Of a stretch of DNA of 64,000 nt, positions 1 to 14,103 are shown in pieces; position 1 is the stretch's first letter; each line of letters starts with the position of its first letter. The translations under genes were made by a program, and so were the position numbers. The DNA lies in assembly GCA_951406725.2 (NCBI GenBank), contig OX597816.1, forward strand, positions 83,452,001-83,516,000, in the 5' to 3' direction. This DNA comes from Octopus vulgaris (taxonomy: Eukaryota). The notes beneath the pieces are model-generated. The model worked only from the letters and a program-made list of their open reading frames with translations. It had not been told where the DNA came from and searched no databases.

Positions 1-88
1 AACACGGTATATTTTGTATATATGTATGTATATTTGTGCATGTATTTATGTGTGTCTATATACATACATACACACACCTACATTAATA

Positions 89-194
<106 letters not shown>

Positions 195-1079
195 AAACTC
201 TCAGCCCTTGAGTCATTCTGTTGTTTCTGCTAAATGTACGTGTGTGCACACGTGCGAGTTTGTGTTCATTAGTATACACAAAATAGACGCGCATAAAGAA
301 TATGCGGGCGAGAACACAAGCTTATACACACACACACTCTCGAATATATACCAATTACCCATATGTGCATTTAGGTATGTATGCATTTAAGTATGCATAC
401 ATGCATGTTTGTAAATAAGTATGTGAGTGCCTATGTGTGCATGTGGATGTAGGTGTGGGTTTATGTGCCGTATTTGTAATGACCAATAGAATAATTTGGC
501 CAAGCAGTTAATTTGACCTGGTGTTATGAAATGTTCTTTTGTAACTTTATCGTAACTTTGCTATTTCATTGGCAAATACACGTTACAAGACTCACTCATA
601 AGGGGTGCTAAAAATTCAGAATTTTTGTAAAAATTAACAAAATTAGAGAAATAAGAACAAAAGTAACAATTACCAAAAATAATTATCAAAAAGAATAATA
701 ATTAGTAAAGAGGATAATTATAATTATTTTTGGTAATTATTATATTTGCTTCAAGAATTGCGACTCCAAGCGTGCCATAATTATCTCTTCATATGAAGAA
801 TATTTGCTCTTTGTTGGGAAATACCGCTCCTAACTTATCGAATGAAATAGTGAGGTTTCAACGCCAGAAAATTTCATTACGTATCTCAAGGTGCCTTTTC
901 AACGACAGTGCAAATGAAAAATTAAGTAACTGAATGTCATACGTTTTCGATCAGACACACACAAACGTACACACGCACGCACACACACACACGCACACAC
1001 ATACACACACACACACACGCACGCGCACACACACACACACACATGTATGTATGTTCACTTCTATCTTTAATTATTTGAA

Positions 1080-1385
1080 GTCTTCCTGTAAGGAAGGTGC
1101 AGTCTAACGAGATACAAAGCTCTATCATTGGAATGTAGATAGCAAAAGTACATTTTGAACGTGAGAAAGTCTTACATATTTTTACTGTTCCGCTTACAGG
1201 TTGCTTTTGTAACGTACACCTTCGCTGGTTGATTTCTTCTGGAAATTTCAGTTTTACCAAAGTGTCACTTAGGCGTTTACTCATCAGACCAGGTGCACAG
1301 TTTATTATGCCTATAAGTGTGAATTTATCATATAGATATAGAATCTGAAGGTTCAGAAGCACTTGATACCGGCCTGTTACATTTG
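1080..1385 (-). mobile_element. Degenerate 3' fragment of a REL-type non-LTR retrotransposon (family ending ...GTVKICKTF)
   Basis: Minus ORF contains 'LQKQPVSGTVKICKTF', homologous to 'IQAITGTVKICKTFQKF' at 61845-62033; adjacent to (TATG)n. Confidence 0.55.
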
Positions 1386-1456
1386 CTCTGTATGTATGAA
1401 TGTATGCATGCCTGCGTGCGTATAAATACACACACAGACAAACACAAATATTTATA

Positions 1457-1487
<31 letters not shown>

Positions 1488-1579
1488 GAACTTTAGATTA
1501 GTTAAAATATGTAACAAATATATTCTAACCTCAAGTTCGCTTATGCCTAAACACTGCTTATGCATACATACATACATAC

Positions 1580-1621
<42 letters not shown>

Positions 1622-2774
1622 CAAACATATATTTATATATATACCTGTACATGTACACACACACACATATGTGTATGTAGAGAGATAGATAGACAGATAC
1701 GTGTATGTGTGGATACATTTGTACTTAGAACAGAAAGTGTGCGTCACTACTTTTATGTATATGTCATTACGTATGTCATCCATTCTCACTTTTAAATTTA
1801 TATGCATGTTCACAACACAAGACGCAAATTTAGAATACTTGGAATAATTTAGAACTCTTCAATGTAGCATACATATGCATGAGGCGTCTATCGTAGCGAT
1901 TTTTGTAGAAATTGTACAGCCATAATTCAATTGAGAAGTTCACTATAATTTTTCCATACCTGACCATTGTTTCTTGTCTTGCCCTGCTGCATATTGTAAT
2001 AATCTACACGTTATTTACCATAATAAAATTTCCAGTTGATTAATATTAGTAATTTCTTTGCATTAATCCAAAGAAGCAATTTCTTTTCACTAATCCCAAA
2101 GTCATTTCTTTGCATTAACCCAAAGAAGATAACAGTTATATTCCTTTTCTTCAACCAGGCTTGTATTAATGGCAAAAAGTTTTACGGAATAGTAATCGTT
2201 CCATGAAAGAATGAATATTTCTCAGTTCCGGCATCACTGGCTCCAATATTGTATCTATACATGTATTTCAAGACTTCTGCGTACTGAAACTACGTTGATA
2301 CTAGACTCCATAGCCGAAGAGAAATATTCCACGTCTAATTCTCATGTTTTCTTAATCGTTTTCCGTACCATCTCACTTTGTTTTCCACGGCATATATTTC
2401 TAGCACACACACTATCCTTTTTGCTTATGTGTGTATATATATGTCTGCGAGCATGCATACCAGCGTATATGAATGCATGTATATATATATATATATGTGT
2501 GAATGTATGCATGTATGCAGTTGTGTTTAATTGCTAGCTTCTCATTTTTTTGTCAATTTCAATGTTCTAAAATAATTTTAACTGTAATATCTTTGCATAA
2601 CAAATGCGTCTGAGAGAAGGAAAAGACAGAAAGACAAACGACAACAGCAACAACAGACACACAATAAACAGCAAAAACAATAACAATATCGAAACAAATT
2701 TAAAATGCCAATGTGATCGACTTAAACGAATTAAAGTTTATGAGTAAAATATTGCATTCAGCCATTAAAGTTTC

Positions 2775-4060
2775 TTGTCGTTGTTGTGATTGTTTTAAGT
2801 AATGATATTACTGTTGGAGATGGTGGTACATTTTGTTGTTGCTATTGTATGAGCTGGTGATGGTGGTAGAGAGGAAGGTAGTGGTGATACCGAAGTTGCT
2901 GTTGTTGCTGGTGGTGGTGGTGGTGGTGGTGACGGTGGTAGTCTGTTAGTGTTCGCGATTTGGTTGTCGTGCTGATGACGGCAGTTGTCTGCGGTGTCCA
3001 TGGCTGAGACGGCTATGATGTTATTATTGATAGTATTCGCTTTGGTGATGGTGGTGCTGGTAGTGCTGGTGATGGTGGTGATGGTGGAGACGGCAGCTAC
3101 GACGATGCTGGTGGTGTTAAAGATACTGATGGACATTTCTTGATGTTGGTAGTAGTTGCGCTATTAATGTTAATAGTGGCAGCGTTGATGATGATGACAG
3201 TGATGACGGAAGTGGTGGTGGTGGTAGTGGTGGTGGTGGTGGTGAAAAGGATAATGATGATGATGAAGACGGTGGTGATGGTGTTGACGACGACGATGAC
3301 GACAATGGTGGTGATGATGATGATGACGACGGTGGTAGTGGTGGTGATGTTGGTGGTAGCAGTCTTCGTCGTAGTGGTGGGGATGATGATGATAACGATA
3401 ATGATGATGATGATGATGATGATGATGATGGTACTGCTGCTACTGACGGTAATACTGCTGCTGATGATGGTGATGATGTTTATTGTTAGTACTGTTCCCA
3501 GTGGGAGGGGATAGTGATGTTAGTTTTGGTCTGTTGGTGATGTTGTCAGAGACGCTGGCGGTCACAGCGATATTGGTTTTGATACCACAGTAAGTGACGA
3601 TGGTGATGGCAATGATGTTCTTGGTGGTAGTAGCTATAGCAACGTCGGTGTTGCTGATGGTGGCGATGGTGTCCGAGGCAGCAATTCTAGCAATAGTGGT
3701 ATTGATGTTGGTCTCTCAGAAATTGTAATGGTGATGTTGCTGGTGATGAAGATGATGATGATGATGGTGGTGGTGATTGTGGTGGTGGTGGTGGTTGTGG
3801 TGGTGGTGGTGGTGGTGGTGAGGATGATGATGATGACGATAATGATGTGAATACGACGGTGATGGTGATGATGATGATGATGATCATGATCATGATCATG
3901 ATGGTGATGATGATGATGATGATGATGACAATGATGATGACGACGATGATGATGGTAATGATAACGATAATGACGCCTACGACGATGACGATGATGATGA
4001 TGATGGTGTTAGTGGTGATGCCGGTCTATTATTAGAGGTGATGGTAACGATATTGTTGGT
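2775..4060. repeat. Compound (GAT)n/(GGT)n trinucleotide low-complexity region
   Basis: Directly visible; explains the poly-M/V/P/S ORFs. Confidence 0.9.
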
Positions 4061-4079
4061 AATATTTGAGATTAGCCCA

Positions 4080-4290
4080 TAGTGACGAGCTGGCAGAATC
4101 GTTAGCTCTCCGAGCAAAATGCTTCGCGGAATTTACTTCGATTTTATATTCTGGGTTCTAATTGCATCGAGCTCGACTTTTCCTTTCATCCTTTCAGGGT
4201 CGATAAAATGAGTACCAGTTGAACACTGGGGTTGGTGTAACTGTCTTACCTTTCCCCTTGAAATTGCTGGCTTTGTGCCAAAATTTGAAA
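4080..4290 (+). mobile_element. tRNA-derived SINE family B (Meta-domain-like)
   Basis: GAGCTGGCAGAATCGTTAGC head and CCTTTCATCCTTTCAGGGTCGATAAAATGAGTACCAG core, shared with many copies in the window. Confidence 0.8.
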
Positions 4291-4359
4291 CCGATATTTG
4301 TGATTAGCACCAGGTTCACCTTGATTGAGTGGATCAATAATCGAAAGCTTATTAGGTAT

Positions 4360-4925
4360 GACCCAGCTGGTACTTAATTTATCGACCCCGAAAGGATGAA
4401 AGGCAAAGTGGACCTCGGTGGAATTTGAACTCAGAACGTAAAGACAGACGAAATATCTATTTATTTACTACCCACAAGGGGTTAAACACGGAGAGGACAA
4501 ACAAGGACAGACAAACGGATTAAGTCGACAATATCGACCCCAGTGCGTACTGGTACTTATTTAATCGAGGCGGTGAGCTGGCAGAAACGTTAGCACGCCG
4601 GGCGAAATGCGAAGCCGTATTTCGTCTGCCGTTACGTTCTGAGTTCAAATTCCGCCGAGGTCGACTTTGCCTTTCATCCTTTCGGGGTCGATAAATTAAG
4701 TACCAGTTACGCACTGGGGTCGATGTAATCGACTTAATCCGTTTGTCTGTCCTTGTTTGTCTTCTCTCTGTGTTTAGCCCCTTGTGGGTAGTAAAGAAAT
4801 AGGTACTTATTTAATCGACCCCGAAAGGATGAAAGGCAAAGTCGACTCGGCGGAATTTGAACTCAGAACGTTGCGGCAGACGAAATACTGCTAAGCATTT
4901 CGCCCGGCGTGCTAACGCTTCTGCA
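4360..4925 (-). mobile_element. Nested SINE family B copies on the minus strand
   Basis: Reverse-complement family B segments at 4360-4455, 4456-4568 and 4802-4925. Confidence 0.8.
4569..4801 (+). mobile_element. Full-length SINE family B inserted into another copy
   Basis: Starts GGCGGTGAGCTGGCAG; 17-bp TSD GGTACTTATTTAATCGA at 4552-4568 and 4802-4818. Confidence 0.9.
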
Positions 4926-5366
4926 GCCATTCTGGGGAAGCACCATCAAGGATTTAGTCGAACCTGTCGACTCCAGTACTTATTCTGTCAGAACTCCTTT
5001 GCCGAACCGCAATATCACTGGGACGTAAACAAACTATCAACAAACGATCACCGTTTGTCAAGTGGTGGTAGGCGATAAATACAAACACGAAGACACACAT
5101 GCATTATACATACATACGTACATACGTATGTATGCATACATGCGTGCATGTATGTATGTATGTATGTATGTATGTATGTATGTATGTATGTATGTATGTA
5201 TGTATGTATGTATGTATGTATGTATGTATGTATGTATGCGTGTATGTATGTATGCATGTATGAATATGGATATATATATAGATAGATTCAGAAATGTAAC
5301 CGCACGTGGATTATTGGCGATATTTTCGTCCTTTTTCCTTCTTGCCTTTGGACATTCCTGATTTTC

Positions 5367-5405
5367 CTGTTTCCGAAGAAGAGCTATGCTCGAAACGAAA
5401 ACAAC
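5367..5405 (+). ncRNA. Degenerate minimal hammerhead motif in a (TA)n-flanked PLE-type terminal fragment (about 5285-5508)
   Basis: CCGAAGA-A-GAGC-TAT-GCTC-GAAACG; downstream T-rich tail resembles the Penelope 3' end at 40990-41085. Confidence 0.5.
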
Positions 5406-5503
5406 TAGTATTTTCCTTCTTCAAGCATCATATTAATACATTGCTTGTGCTACGTCCTTTCTTGTTTTTTGTTTTTTTTTCTTTTTCACTTTTGTCTGAT
5501 TTT

Positions 5504-5549
<46 letters not shown>

Positions 5550-7190
5550 TGTATGTATGTACGTATGTATATATTATATATAAGATAAGCTTCCACACAG
5601 TTCCCAATAGAATAAAATGTAGTTTGAGGGGAATTCTGCTGCTATTTTTATCAAATAGCTGTCTTGCTGCTAGTGAAGTGTTTGATTGTGCTCTTTGAAG
5701 AAATAAAGAAAAATGAAGAGATAAAAATGGAGAACGAAGGTGTTGTGGGATGTAAATAATAAAATAATTAAGACATCGTCATACATAACAATTAAATAAA
5801 TGACTAAACTAATTTTATTGTAGTTGTGCTATTTTTCATTATTTTTAATATTTTATTCATATTTTGGTTCTATGGTTGGGGTGAGAGTTGCAAATTGAAA
5901 TTCACTCTTCAATTGAAAGAAAAATAAATCATCAAATAGACAAAGTTTGATATTAACAACAATAATTATTATAACATCAGCATCGAGATCAACAACATAA
6001 CAAGGGCAGCAACAACAACAGCGGTGACAACCTCAACAACGGACTCAGCCATGGTTACGATAGGGGCTAACATTACACCAGTGGCAAACCCCTCAACATT
6101 AAATGTTAGCATAATTGTCACGAAACTATAAATACATTAAACAACAGCTCTAACAAATACCAACAACAACAACAACAATAACAACGGTCTTACCAAAAAT
6201 CACTGCAATTACATCAAAAAGTAGAGCAGTACCTTTCATCGCCATCAGCATCGCTGTCTCAATACCAGCAATTATCAGCATATCGAACACTACAAAATTA
6301 ACAACTATCATTTTTCTACTAATAAGGATGACACCACAAATAAACAATACAGCAAATAACAATTATTACAATTAAAATAATTACAAATGCAATCAAATCC
6401 TCATCAAAACTCCAGGCACATCTCCAACTGCCTGCCATAACCAACGTAAATACAACAAAATGAAAACAGAAATTATAATAACATCCAATATATAAAAATA
6501 ACATTAAAAAATAACACAAAGAACAACCAGACCGCGATTGAAATAATAATAAAAATAAGTGATTTGTTGTATTTAAATATTTAAAAAGCGTAACGGCAAA
6601 ATTAAAATATAAACATCAAAAAAATGTAAAATATAAACATAACATAGAATATAAGCATAAAATATGACATGCATAAAATATAAACATAAAATATAAACTA
6701 AATATGATCTAAAATATAAAACGTATGATCTATAAATATAAGATATAAAGCTACGATACAAACAAAATATAAAGATAAAATATAAAACTAATGCATATAA
6801 AATATAAAATAAATGTAAAAGAAAATATGCAGGTATAATACAAGCGTAATATATAAAGCTTAAATATAAATATAAACATAATATACAAATAAAATGTACG
6901 AAGCATAGAACAATAATATATAAAATAAAATGTATACAAACAATAAATAAACATCGGTAAAATACATTTATATAAAAAGTAACAATAAGAAATCAAGCAA
7001 ACAATCAATACCACACATTTTCTCTCTACACAGACGAAAATTAATTTCAATTATATAAATATAATATTAAGGCATACAGAAATAACGATAAAGAAACCAG
7101 AAGTGAGCGTTAGAATCATTTCTCTACAGAGTAAAAATTTAATTACTAATACACACACATACACACTAAGACATCAGCAAAAACACACGT

Positions 7191-7260
<70 letters not shown>

Positions 7261-7761
7261 GTATATATATATATTTATATATCGTACACACACATAAATA
7301 TGAAGGGAGAGGTGAGAGAGAAAATTGTGAGAAAATAAGAAAAGATGAAAACATTTAAAAATAAAAGTGAAAATTATAAATAAATAAATGAATACAAATT
7401 ATCTCTAATCAAACGAATAAAAATCCGTCATCGTGACAAAGCAATAGCAAAATATAAAACAATCATTATTTTTTTTATTTTTTAGAAATATGATTTGATT
7501 TTAATTATATTTTTTAATTCTTAATTTTATTATTTTAATTATATTAATTAATATTTCGTGTGTTTGTTAATGATGTTACGATTGGATTTCTTGATTTAAA
7601 TCATTGTTTTGTTTTGATATGTATATTTTTGTAGAGGCGGTTGGTCCCGTATTTTCTTTAGTTGGTGAACGAGAAAACAAAAACTATGAAACAGGTCTAT
7701 ATTTAAAAGATGACGAATCATTTAAATTATTTACATTATTTACATTTGACGGAGATTTGTC

Positions 7762-7802
7762 CTGATGAGGGCTAGAGGGTATATCAGTCGAAACGTTGTG
7801 TT
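7762..7802 (+). ncRNA. Minimal hammerhead ribozyme motif (stem I 5' strand lost at a fold-back junction)
   Basis: CTGATGA-G-GGCT...AGTC-GAAACGTT with palindromic AACGTT stem III. Confidence 0.65.
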
Positions 7803-8245
7803 AACAACAAACAAGATGCGGACAAATATTCCTCAAATGAAAATAATGTAAAAAAATATGAAGTCAACAATTAAGAATAGGACAATAGATACACTTCCTC
7901 ATTCATAATAAATCTTGTGGAGTTTCAGCAAGTGAGAATTGTAGATTTGCAAACGTTTCCACCATAGCGTTTTGATATAGCACATATTTTTTTTTAGTTT
8001 TTGTTAACAATTTATATTTTTGTGGAAGTTTCTGTAAAGAAAAGGAAAACGCTTTTTACGTTTATGAATTTGCTTTGTAAGATTCCGGATGTGAAATCGA
8101 GTGTTGAAAGTGATATTGTCATACTTTGGCTTGGTTATTTTTTTTTTCTTACCAAATAAAACACACACACTATATATTCGTTCTTCACACGTGTTTTTCC
8201 TCCTGTTCTGTTTAGAGGAACAGGACGAAACATGTGGATGGAAGA

Positions 8246-8288
8246 GTCGCTGAAGAGGTCACAGATGTGTGACGAAAAAGTTTCCGAC
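8246..8288 (+). ncRNA. Type I hammerhead ribozyme motif
   Basis: Stem I GTCG/CGAC; CTGAAGA; stem II GTCACA/TGTGAC; GAAA-AAGT-TTC cleavage site. A second half-motif (TCCTGTTC...GAACAGGA-CGAAACATGT) lies just upstream at about 8200-8235. Confidence 0.7.
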
Positions 8289-8466
8289 GATGGACATCTT
8301 ATGGACATAAGATAAAATAAGAAAAATAAGAACATTAATAATATCTACCTACCGACCAACATACATACATACATAATATATATATATATATATATATCAC
8401 GTAGGTTTATTTGGCAAGAAGAAAATGACCATCCCGAAATATAACAATAGAATTGCTTTTGTTATG

Positions 8467-8505
<39 letters not shown>

Positions 8506-8913
8506 CGCTTTTAGTATAATATAAAAATATTAGTACAGATGTATCAAATATATTCGCACTGGCCTTTTTACCTATTAGGTCCGTCCGTTTCGCTTCTAGA
8601 AATACATACTCAATTATTCTCGTAGATGTTGTAAATGAGCCAGCATTATTAGTACTTTTGTTGCAGCTGCTATCAGTATCGCTCCAGCTGTCATTGCTCT
8701 CACTGTCAATGCTCTAGTGGCTGTCGTTGTGTACTAACGTTTTGTTTCTATGTTTGCACCGGCTCTATAATTTTATTTGCCGACCCCCGTTTCTCTTTTA
8801 TTACTTCTGATGATGTTATTGTTGATGGTGGTCATAGTAAAGGTATTGTTGTTGCTGGTTTTGTTATTGCCACATGGCTCAGTGGTTAGAGCGTCGAGCT
8901 TTCAATCATGATG

Positions 8914-9470
8914 TAGTAACGAAAACAGCCGAAATGTTTGGTGTATCAAGAAGTACTGTCTCGGAAGATACGACAGCCTTTGAGAAAGAGGAAAACCCTC
9001 CTCGTCGAAACAAAACTCCGGAAGAAAACCAAAACTTTCAGATAGGGACCGTCGGATTCCTACGCGAATTGTTAGAAAGGATCACAAACGTACAGCTTCC
9101 AAAATTACGGCAGAGCACCTCGAGAACCCAGTTTCCACAAAAACTGTTCGCCGGGAGCTGCACAAAGCCGGATTTCACGAGAGGGCTGCAATCAGAAAAC
9201 AACTACTTTCAAAATCAAACGTTGCAAAGCGTTTAGAGTGGAGTAAAAACCTACAGAATTGGTCCCTAGAGCAGTGTAAGAATGTTATTTTCATGGACGA
9301 GTCATCCTTTACCTTATTTCCGACCACCGGCCGAGTATACGTGTGGAGACAGCTAAAAGAAGCATGTGACCCAGACTATTTTCTTCCAACTGTTAAACAT
9401 GGAGGAGAATCTTTGGTGATCTGGGTTGGGGTGGGGTGGGCTATATCTTGGAAATCCGCTGGCCTAATAT
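8914..9470 (+). mobile_element. Tc1/mariner transposase pseudogene fragment
   Basis: Across frames: HTH 'TAEMFGVSRSTVS', 'GRKPKLSDRDRR', 'VSTKTVRRELHKAGF', 'NVIFMDESSF', 'PTVKHGGESLVIW'. Preceded by a SINE head remnant at 8872-8913. Confidence 0.9.
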
Positions 9471-11132
9471 GAGCTATTTATGTCATGGTTTTCCATCGTC
9501 CTAGAGTAGTGATGTGTTTTGGTTTCTCAGTTAAAGCTAATGCATGATTTGTATATTCTCGATGCTCGTGAAAGAAGGTATGAACATCATAATAAAGCAT
9601 TTTACTAAATCTTTAAGATATTGCTGTCTCATAATAATATTAACAACAACAACAACAACAACAGCAGCAGCAGCAACAACAGCGGCAGCAGCAGCAGCAG
9701 AAGCAATAACAACAACAACAGCAGCAACAACTACAGTATCCTTTTGACGTCATAGGAATTATAAACTTTCGAGAGAACGTGAAGTAATTTTTCTTTGCAG
9801 CAGTGAATATCGAAGCATAAACTATAAATAATAGAGTGTAATATTGGATTGAAAAAGCCTTCAACTTTCTCCAGTCAAAGGGTTCTCAATCCTATATTTA
9901 CACGCTATTATTTATAGCTTTATGTGCTTCGAGATACATTGTTCCCAACCAAAATTGCTAGACATTTAGACATTGTTATTCGTTCCCGCCTCATAGAAGC
10001 TGTTATTTAACTCTAGGTTAAGTCTAATCGACAAAATCCATAATGTAATATATCCCACCCATGATCATCTAGTCTTTTTGATATTTATTGGATTGCAATT
10101 TCTAATGTGTTCTACTAAGATAGAAAAGTGTGAGTTGAAACAGTTTTGGCTACTGTTGACTTTAGCAACTCGAGCGAGCTGCTAAAATAAGCGTTTCTGT
10201 TTGTCAAGTACGTGAAACTGCTTGGCCCAAGACGATGTCTTGTAAAGATTTGGAATTTTCAATTGATTTTGCACAGAGGAAATGTAAAAATGCCAACTAA
10301 ATCTCAGTCATACACGAACGCCAAAAACATGAGTCACTGAGCTAGATCATGTGAAGAATTATGTACACATTCTTCTCTACCAGACGAAATATCATGAAAT
10401 GAAAATTAGGAATGCACAAGTACGCTGACTTACCATGCAATAGAAATTCTTTTCACACCTGTACTGGCATTTCCCCACCCTTCCTTTTATATACACTGTG
10501 TCTGTCCAAGTCTTCGTTTAGATTTAATATTTATAAATGTATATCTTTGGGCAACTCTTTGCTTAATACTAAATTAATTAAATGTTTAAATTCAGATGAA
10601 TGATCGAAGAAAGAAACAAAGAAATTTTGTTTCATTTATTCCCTTGTGAAATTAAAGGAGGTTAATTGGTAATTTCGAATTGAGAAACATACGTACGCAC
10701 ACATAATTACATCTTAGACACGCACATACATCCATTTATATCCATACATACATAACATACATGCATAACATACATACACACAGAAATATAGTGAAGAAAT
10801 AAAAATGGATTCTCCATCGGTTTCGGCGGTGAGTATTCTACCTGTTCGATCACCTGAACTACGAAGCCATTAAGTGCTGTGTATACCGCAGATATGTAAG
10901 TCTTTATCGTAACCTTTGAGTAAAATCAGCCCAATAAAGACTGTTACAAAGGCGGTTCCTTGACTTAGAGGTACAATATATTCGAAATGTTCTCAGACTT
11001 TGCGTCTACTCAATTTTATTCAAAAGTCTTGGTTGGGTCGACTTGAGACAAGGTGCAAGATTCGACCTTGCGGAATTGAACCCAAGACATAATAATTACA
11101 AAGCGAACTTCTTCACCACTGAGGGATATGCG

Positions 11133-11315
<183 letters not shown>

Positions 11316-11409
11316 CTAGTAATCTATCCATCTAAGCATACGTATATATATATATTTATATATGTATTTATTTATTTGTATGTATACACACACACACACG
11401 CACGCGTAT

Positions 11410-11497
<88 letters not shown>

Positions 11498-11871
11498 ATT
11501 TATGTATGTTTATGTATGCTTGTATGTGTTTGTATAGGATTAAGGCGTAAATATGTGAAACAGAGTTTTCACAATGCAGTTGGTACGTTGCTGCAGGTAT
11601 ATGTGTTGACATGAAAATGATATATCGTGACAAAATAACATAAAAAATAACACTTCAAATTCTGTGACCTGAAAGTCTTGCTGTTTCATTCAAGATTTAT
11701 TGTTCAACCGTACGTACTTTGGTGTTGAAAACCTTTCTTTTTTTCATTGGTATGTTCATCAATAAATTGTTAAATTATGGTGGGTGCATGTAAGGGAGTA
11801 TATATCTTTATTTCTCAGAAATGCTACATGTATATCTCCTCGTGTCCCATTCTTCTCAGCAGATCAATATT

Positions 11872-12290
11872 ATCTTTTACTCTTTTACTTGTTTCAGTCA
11901 TTTGACTGTGGCCATGCTGGAGCATCGCCTTTAGTCGAGCAAATCGACCCCCAAGACTTATTCTTTGTAAGCGTAGTACTTATTCTATCGGGCTCTTTTG
12001 CAGAACCGCTAAGTTACGGGGACGTAAACACACCAGCATCGGTTGTTAAGCGATGTTGGGAGGACAAACACAGACATACAAACATATACACACACATACA
12101 TATATATATATATTTATACTTATATACGACGGGCTTCTTTCAGTTTCCGTCTACCAAATCCACTCTCAAGGCTTTGGTCGGCCCGAGGCTTTAGTAGAAG
12201 ACATTTGCCCAAGGTGTCACGCAGTGGGACTGAACCTCGGAACCATGTGGTTGGTAAGCAAGCTACTTACCACACAGCCACTCCTACGCC
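11872..12290 (-). mobile_element. tRNA-derived SINE family A (internal TA/TG microsatellite, GAGTAAAA tail)
   Basis: Reverse complement of the GGCGCAGGAGTGGCTGTGTGGTAAG...GACTGAAACAAGTAAAAGAG consensus seen at 18250 and 56576. Confidence 0.9.
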
Positions 12291-13424
12291 TACTATTGAT
12301 GTGTGTCACTAAAATTAGCCTTAGACGCATGAAATACTTCACATCCACAGGGCTACAATCCCTCATATATAGATAAATCCGTAACGTGGTATTTATCAAC
12401 TATATGTCATCTAAGGATGCTTTACACACGTCACACAGTTGCTCCTCAATCAGTACAGTTTTTTTGTTCTCTTTTAACGTCAGAATTACATCAACTGGTG
12501 TAGTGTTTTCCTTCTGGTTTACCTTAAAATTCGAGCAATCCGTAGTGATTGACGTCTTTTCATGAGAGACTTCCATCATCTGGTTCGACTTTTGTCTGGG
12601 CTCACTTCTCTTTGTTCCCAGTTCCTTTTCTGGTTTCTTTATAAAGGTAATCATTGTAATTGCGAATCAAAGGAAATATATCTGAAACTAAAACACTAAT
12701 TATAAATTAAAACTATATAAATAAACAGTAAAATTTTGAAGATATCATAAGTGATAATTTTCAAAACTAATGATGAGTTGAATTCATAATGAGGTGTTAC
12801 ATATTTAAATAACACAAAAGTAATACATTGCTGTTGTTGTTTAATTTGTTCGCAGCATTGTTTACCTTTCATTGGTTATTGTGTTTCTGATGTTGCTTTT
12901 GTTCTTATTGTTGTTCGTATTTTTTGTCTGGCTTCCCACCATCTTCTCCTTAGAAATATATTACTTCATATTATCGAAAATCAACGTAAAAACTAATATA
13001 AAATTTCCAAAAATATACAAAAACGTAAAAATAAATGAACGAATATCATATAAGCAGTATTTCATGAATATATAAGGAGTAATTTTACCCATCCTAAATA
13101 GAATAAATAAAGAGAAATGTGGAACTTTTTGACAAATTTCTCGTGAAGATTTAAATATTACAGGTCGCAGAAATTAGGGATGTTGTGAAGGAACATGGAT
13201 AAAACTCGTCACAAATCTGCAGTTCCATTAAAAGGTCAAAAGAAGGGTATATGTTTAACAAACAAGTTAACAGAGGTGTCTCTAAGCAAAAGTTCTGGAT
13301 AACGTCAAAGGGACATATTGGTCATAGGTGAAACACGAGTACTGATAAGGTCGGTTCAGGGAAGGTCTATTTGGGGCTAAGCAACAAGAAGAAAAGTCAC
13401 AACATCGTTAATAATGGTTTCTAA

Positions 13425-13585
13425 TTTTGGCAGGAGACCAGCAATTCAGAGAGTGGGGTTAAGTCGATTACAATGACTCCAGTTCTGAACTGGTATTTAT
13501 TTTTTCGATTTCAAAAGGATGAAAGACAAAGTTAACCTCGGCGGAAAATGAACCGGCGCAATATCAATTCTGCCAGCTCACCACC
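13425..13585 (-). mobile_element. Degenerate SINE family B
   Basis: AAAAGGATGAAAGACAAAGTTAACCTCGGCGGAA...TCTGCCAGCTCACC. Confidence 0.7.
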
Positions 13586-13897
13586 AACATCATTCACATT
13601 GACTATATGTAATCATCGCTTCGAAAAATTGTGGAAGACGACTAAAACACGACTGTCTTTGAGCGTCATCGCCATGAATTCACCACGAAGAAAGTTCACA
13701 GCGAGGAAAGTTTACCGAGAAAATATATCCAAAGTATCTCACCATTAATAGTTAAGAAATATTTCATTGACAGAGGGAGGGAAAAGAAAAAATGGTGAGT
13801 AAATGTCTCACCAGGGAGCAGTGCAGATGTAAGCCGAAACAATAGTTGTGCTAAATAAGGCTTACAGTACACATTGTCTTTCCTATTAATTATCTAG

Positions 13898-13941
<44 letters not shown>

Positions 13942-13949
13942 GGTGGGGT

Positions 13950-14103
13950 TGTGTTTATATTAACATTCAGCAGAAGTAACAGAGTGACTCAAGGCCCGAC
14001 AGTTTCGTGCGTTGGCCCTTATCAAAGTTTCATAAGTGTCAACGCACGAAACTCTCGGACCTTGAGTCAATGTTACTTCTGTTAAATATTAATAAAAATA
14101 CAC
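13950..14103. repeat. Fold-back inverted repeat (about 75-bp arms) with a degenerate HHR at the centre
   Basis: CAGAAGTAAC...GACTCAAGG..GTTTCGTGCGTTG pairs with CAACGCACGAAAC...CCTTGAGTC..GTTACTTCTG. Confidence 0.85.
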
